Assembly (NCBI GenBank): GCA_937930175.1
Contig: CALGLP010000023.1
Coordinates: 27,205-91,204, forward strand
DNA: 64,000 bases
Direction of reading: 5' to 3'
DNA from: an uncultured bacterium
GTDB taxonomy: Bacteria; Omnitrophota; Gorgyraeia; Zapsychrales; Aceulaceae
The notes under the pieces are model-generated. The model saw only the letters and a list, made by a program, of their open reading frames with translations. It was not told the origin of the DNA and made no database searches. How positions within the stretch are numbered: the stretch's first letter is position 1; every line of letters begins with the position of its first letter. Shown here piece by piece: positions 48,001 to 51,000 of this stretch. Position numbers and translations under genes: made by a program.

Positions 48001-51000
48001 AGACCCAAACGATCTAAACACAATGCCCCAGAAGATCGAAGAACTTGAAAGGGTTCGTGGGCCCTTGGAAAGGGTCAGTCCGTTAAAGCTTTATGGACCG
48101 TTACCAGGTTCTATTTTAGAAAAAGAAATTGGTAAGAAATCTATAAGCTCACCTACACAAATTTCTTATTGTGCTGTCCAAGGTGAATGCGAGGGCCGAA
48201 GTATGTGGTTTAAGATTTTGCATGCCCCTTGGACCATGGTTCACGTTATCGGCAATCTTGCGCAGGCCTTTTTGACAGGGCGACGAGCAGATATAGAAAA
48301 AATAGATCTCTTGGCTGGTATTACCTATAAAAATCACGCACCTCCTTGTTATGGGGGTATGATGGCGAATATCCTTGCATGTGTTGCAGTTCTTTATTTA
48401 AGTTCTTTTTGGTTGCTTAGGTTTTATGCCATTGTGCATTTTGTTTTTGCCGCAGCTGAAATTTATTTTCATTATTTTTCTTTTGATAAGATTTTTTCTG
48501 ATCTTGATTTCGAGATTCATGAAGACCTTGAGCAAGACCCCCAAGCAAAAGAAAATTTAGAAGCATTTGTTCGAACATTGAAGGATCAATACTTCTTTGT
48601 TGTTTATCCATGGGATGGAGACTTCGATAGCGCGAGACGATTTATGATGGAAAACGGTTTTAATGCGCAAGTCATCGAGGATGCGCGTTGGTCGCTTAAA
48701 GAATTGTGGGATAACATTGATCAAATGAACAACCCGCACCATGATCTGCTTGCTCGCTATAGCGTTGATAGCGTATTGGCATTTCGCTTGATCAATATAG
48801 CAGGTGAGTTTTATATTGAATTTTTAGTCGTCGATAATGGCCCTGGTTTTGACGATATTGAACAGGCTGTTATGACAACTTATACATCAAAGATTTTGAC
48901 TGGTCAGCGCGGCTTGGGGCTTCCTGGTTGCGCTCGAAGAGCATTGTTTCATCAAGGCGGGTTATCGATTGCGTCCAGAGGAGAGGAGTTTATTATTGAT
49001 CGGTTAATTGATCTGAGTTCTTTCGTCCACCAAAGACCAAGGCTAACGATCGTTCAAGTCTTTATGCGTGCTCTGCGCGAGCATTTATCATGCGCCATAG
49101 GGCCATTATTATTGATCTTATTTTCTAATCAGATCTTTTTTAATGCTTGGGGTGATGCGCTGGTCCGTAATACCCTGACCGGAGCTGTGACGGGATTTTT
49201 GGGTCAGTTGCTGGCTGGATATGTTGCCAAGAAAGAATGGAATATTTTCAATGCTTTTGGCATGGGTGTTTTAGGTGCGACATTTGGTTTTCAGATTCAT
49301 TATGGTTTTAAGATCATCAATCAAATCGTTCCTTATAGCGCAGATCTTTTAGCGCAGGGGTTAAGGACTTTTTTGATCAGCTGTATGGGATTAGCGACGT
49401 TGTTGCAGACAAGTGTTTGGCGTCATGTGGCTAGGATGATTCAAGAGAGATTTTCTAAGAATATGATGAAGGACCCTCATTATTCTGCTCAAGCCCAAGT
49501 GGCTAAAAATATTGATTCGATCGTGATCCTTTTTGCTTTAGGCGTAGGTACGAATTATTTGTCTCAACTATGGGATAGCCCGCTGTTTTATATGACATCG
49601 GGGATGGCGGTTTTTATTTTGCATCGGTATTTTGATGAGCGCATGAGTCCCGTGTTGAATATGATGTCGCGGGCGTATCGGATAATAGATTTTCTTTATC
49701 AGAAATGGTGCGTTGGTAATCTTTTGGCTGTGCAAGTATCTTTACGAGTGCGTGAAAGATTCCTCTTTTTTTGTAAGCTTTTGTTGTTTTCGAAGAAAGC
49801 GAAACAAGGCCAATATGCCGGTGTTGTTGTGCAGGGAGTTTATGAGAGGGTTTTTGAAGGCACGGAGCGGCCTTTTGAGACTGTTGAATCCTTAAAGGTT
49901 TTCATTCAAGTTTATTATGATGATTTTGTCGGAAACACGCTGAATTATCTATCTGCCTTGGCTGAGCTTAAGACGTTATTAGGAGAGATAGGAAATAAAG
50001 AGGCGCGGCTTATTTGGAAGATCGTTAAGGATGTTGATGAGAGTATTATCAATGATTTTGAAGAGATAAGAGAAAGTAAAACACCTAGGGAGTTTGTTGT
50101 AAAGGCTCTTTCTTATCAGACGTCGCATATTCGCTTAGCAAGATCTTTAGTCAGGAAGATGATCAGAGCGGACCTTGTTTGTCCTGAATTTTTAGGATGC
50201 GCATATCAGTATTTGCACGAATCGCAAAGATTTTATAAGCAGCTTGAGCAAGGCATTAAGGATGTTATTGGCAAAAAGTTTCGAACACCCCGGACAAACA
50301 CCTTGCTTTTGACCGGCGAGCTTCAACGTGAAGAGGAAAGCCGTAGCTTATCGCCATTTCAGTCTTCCACCGCGCAGGGCTCCTCCGTGCTCGGTCATCT
50401 TTCTGAAGAATTTTCTCTTAAATTTCCTTTCTTACGGCATTTTTTAGTGCCTCCGGTTCAAGTACAACCCGTGCTTGAAAGAAATAGTTCAGAACGTCAA
50501 TTCAACCTTAAGGGGCAGATGTCTGCTGCAGCATGGCATCGGGAACGTGGCGAAGAATATGTGGCTTTGGAGCTTGAAGATCTGATCAACGTGATCCGTA
50601 AGATCCCGGGTTGCCCTAAGGAAGGCAGCGATGATGATTTTGTACTTGCTCATCGTAAGCCCGAAGGCAGGATCTGGTGGGATATTGAGGGCGGAGAGCC
50701 AAAAGTTCGTAGGATCTTGGAAGAGATATGCCAGTTGCATCCTTTTGTCATCGACGCATTGATTCAGCAGGTGTACGTTAATCTGACGCAGTCGAATTCT
50801 TATCATGCAGTTGTTAATCAGGGGTGCGTTTTCTTGTTTAAAAAATATCTCAAAGAGAGCACTCAAGAAGATCTGTTGTTTGGCTTGCCCTTGACGGTTG
50901 TATGGCAAAATAAAATGTTTCAGCTGGATCATCAATCGCAGGCCGCAGTTATCGAGCGGGGAATGCAGACGGCTGTTGATAGGGTGATGGCTGCAGTCTG

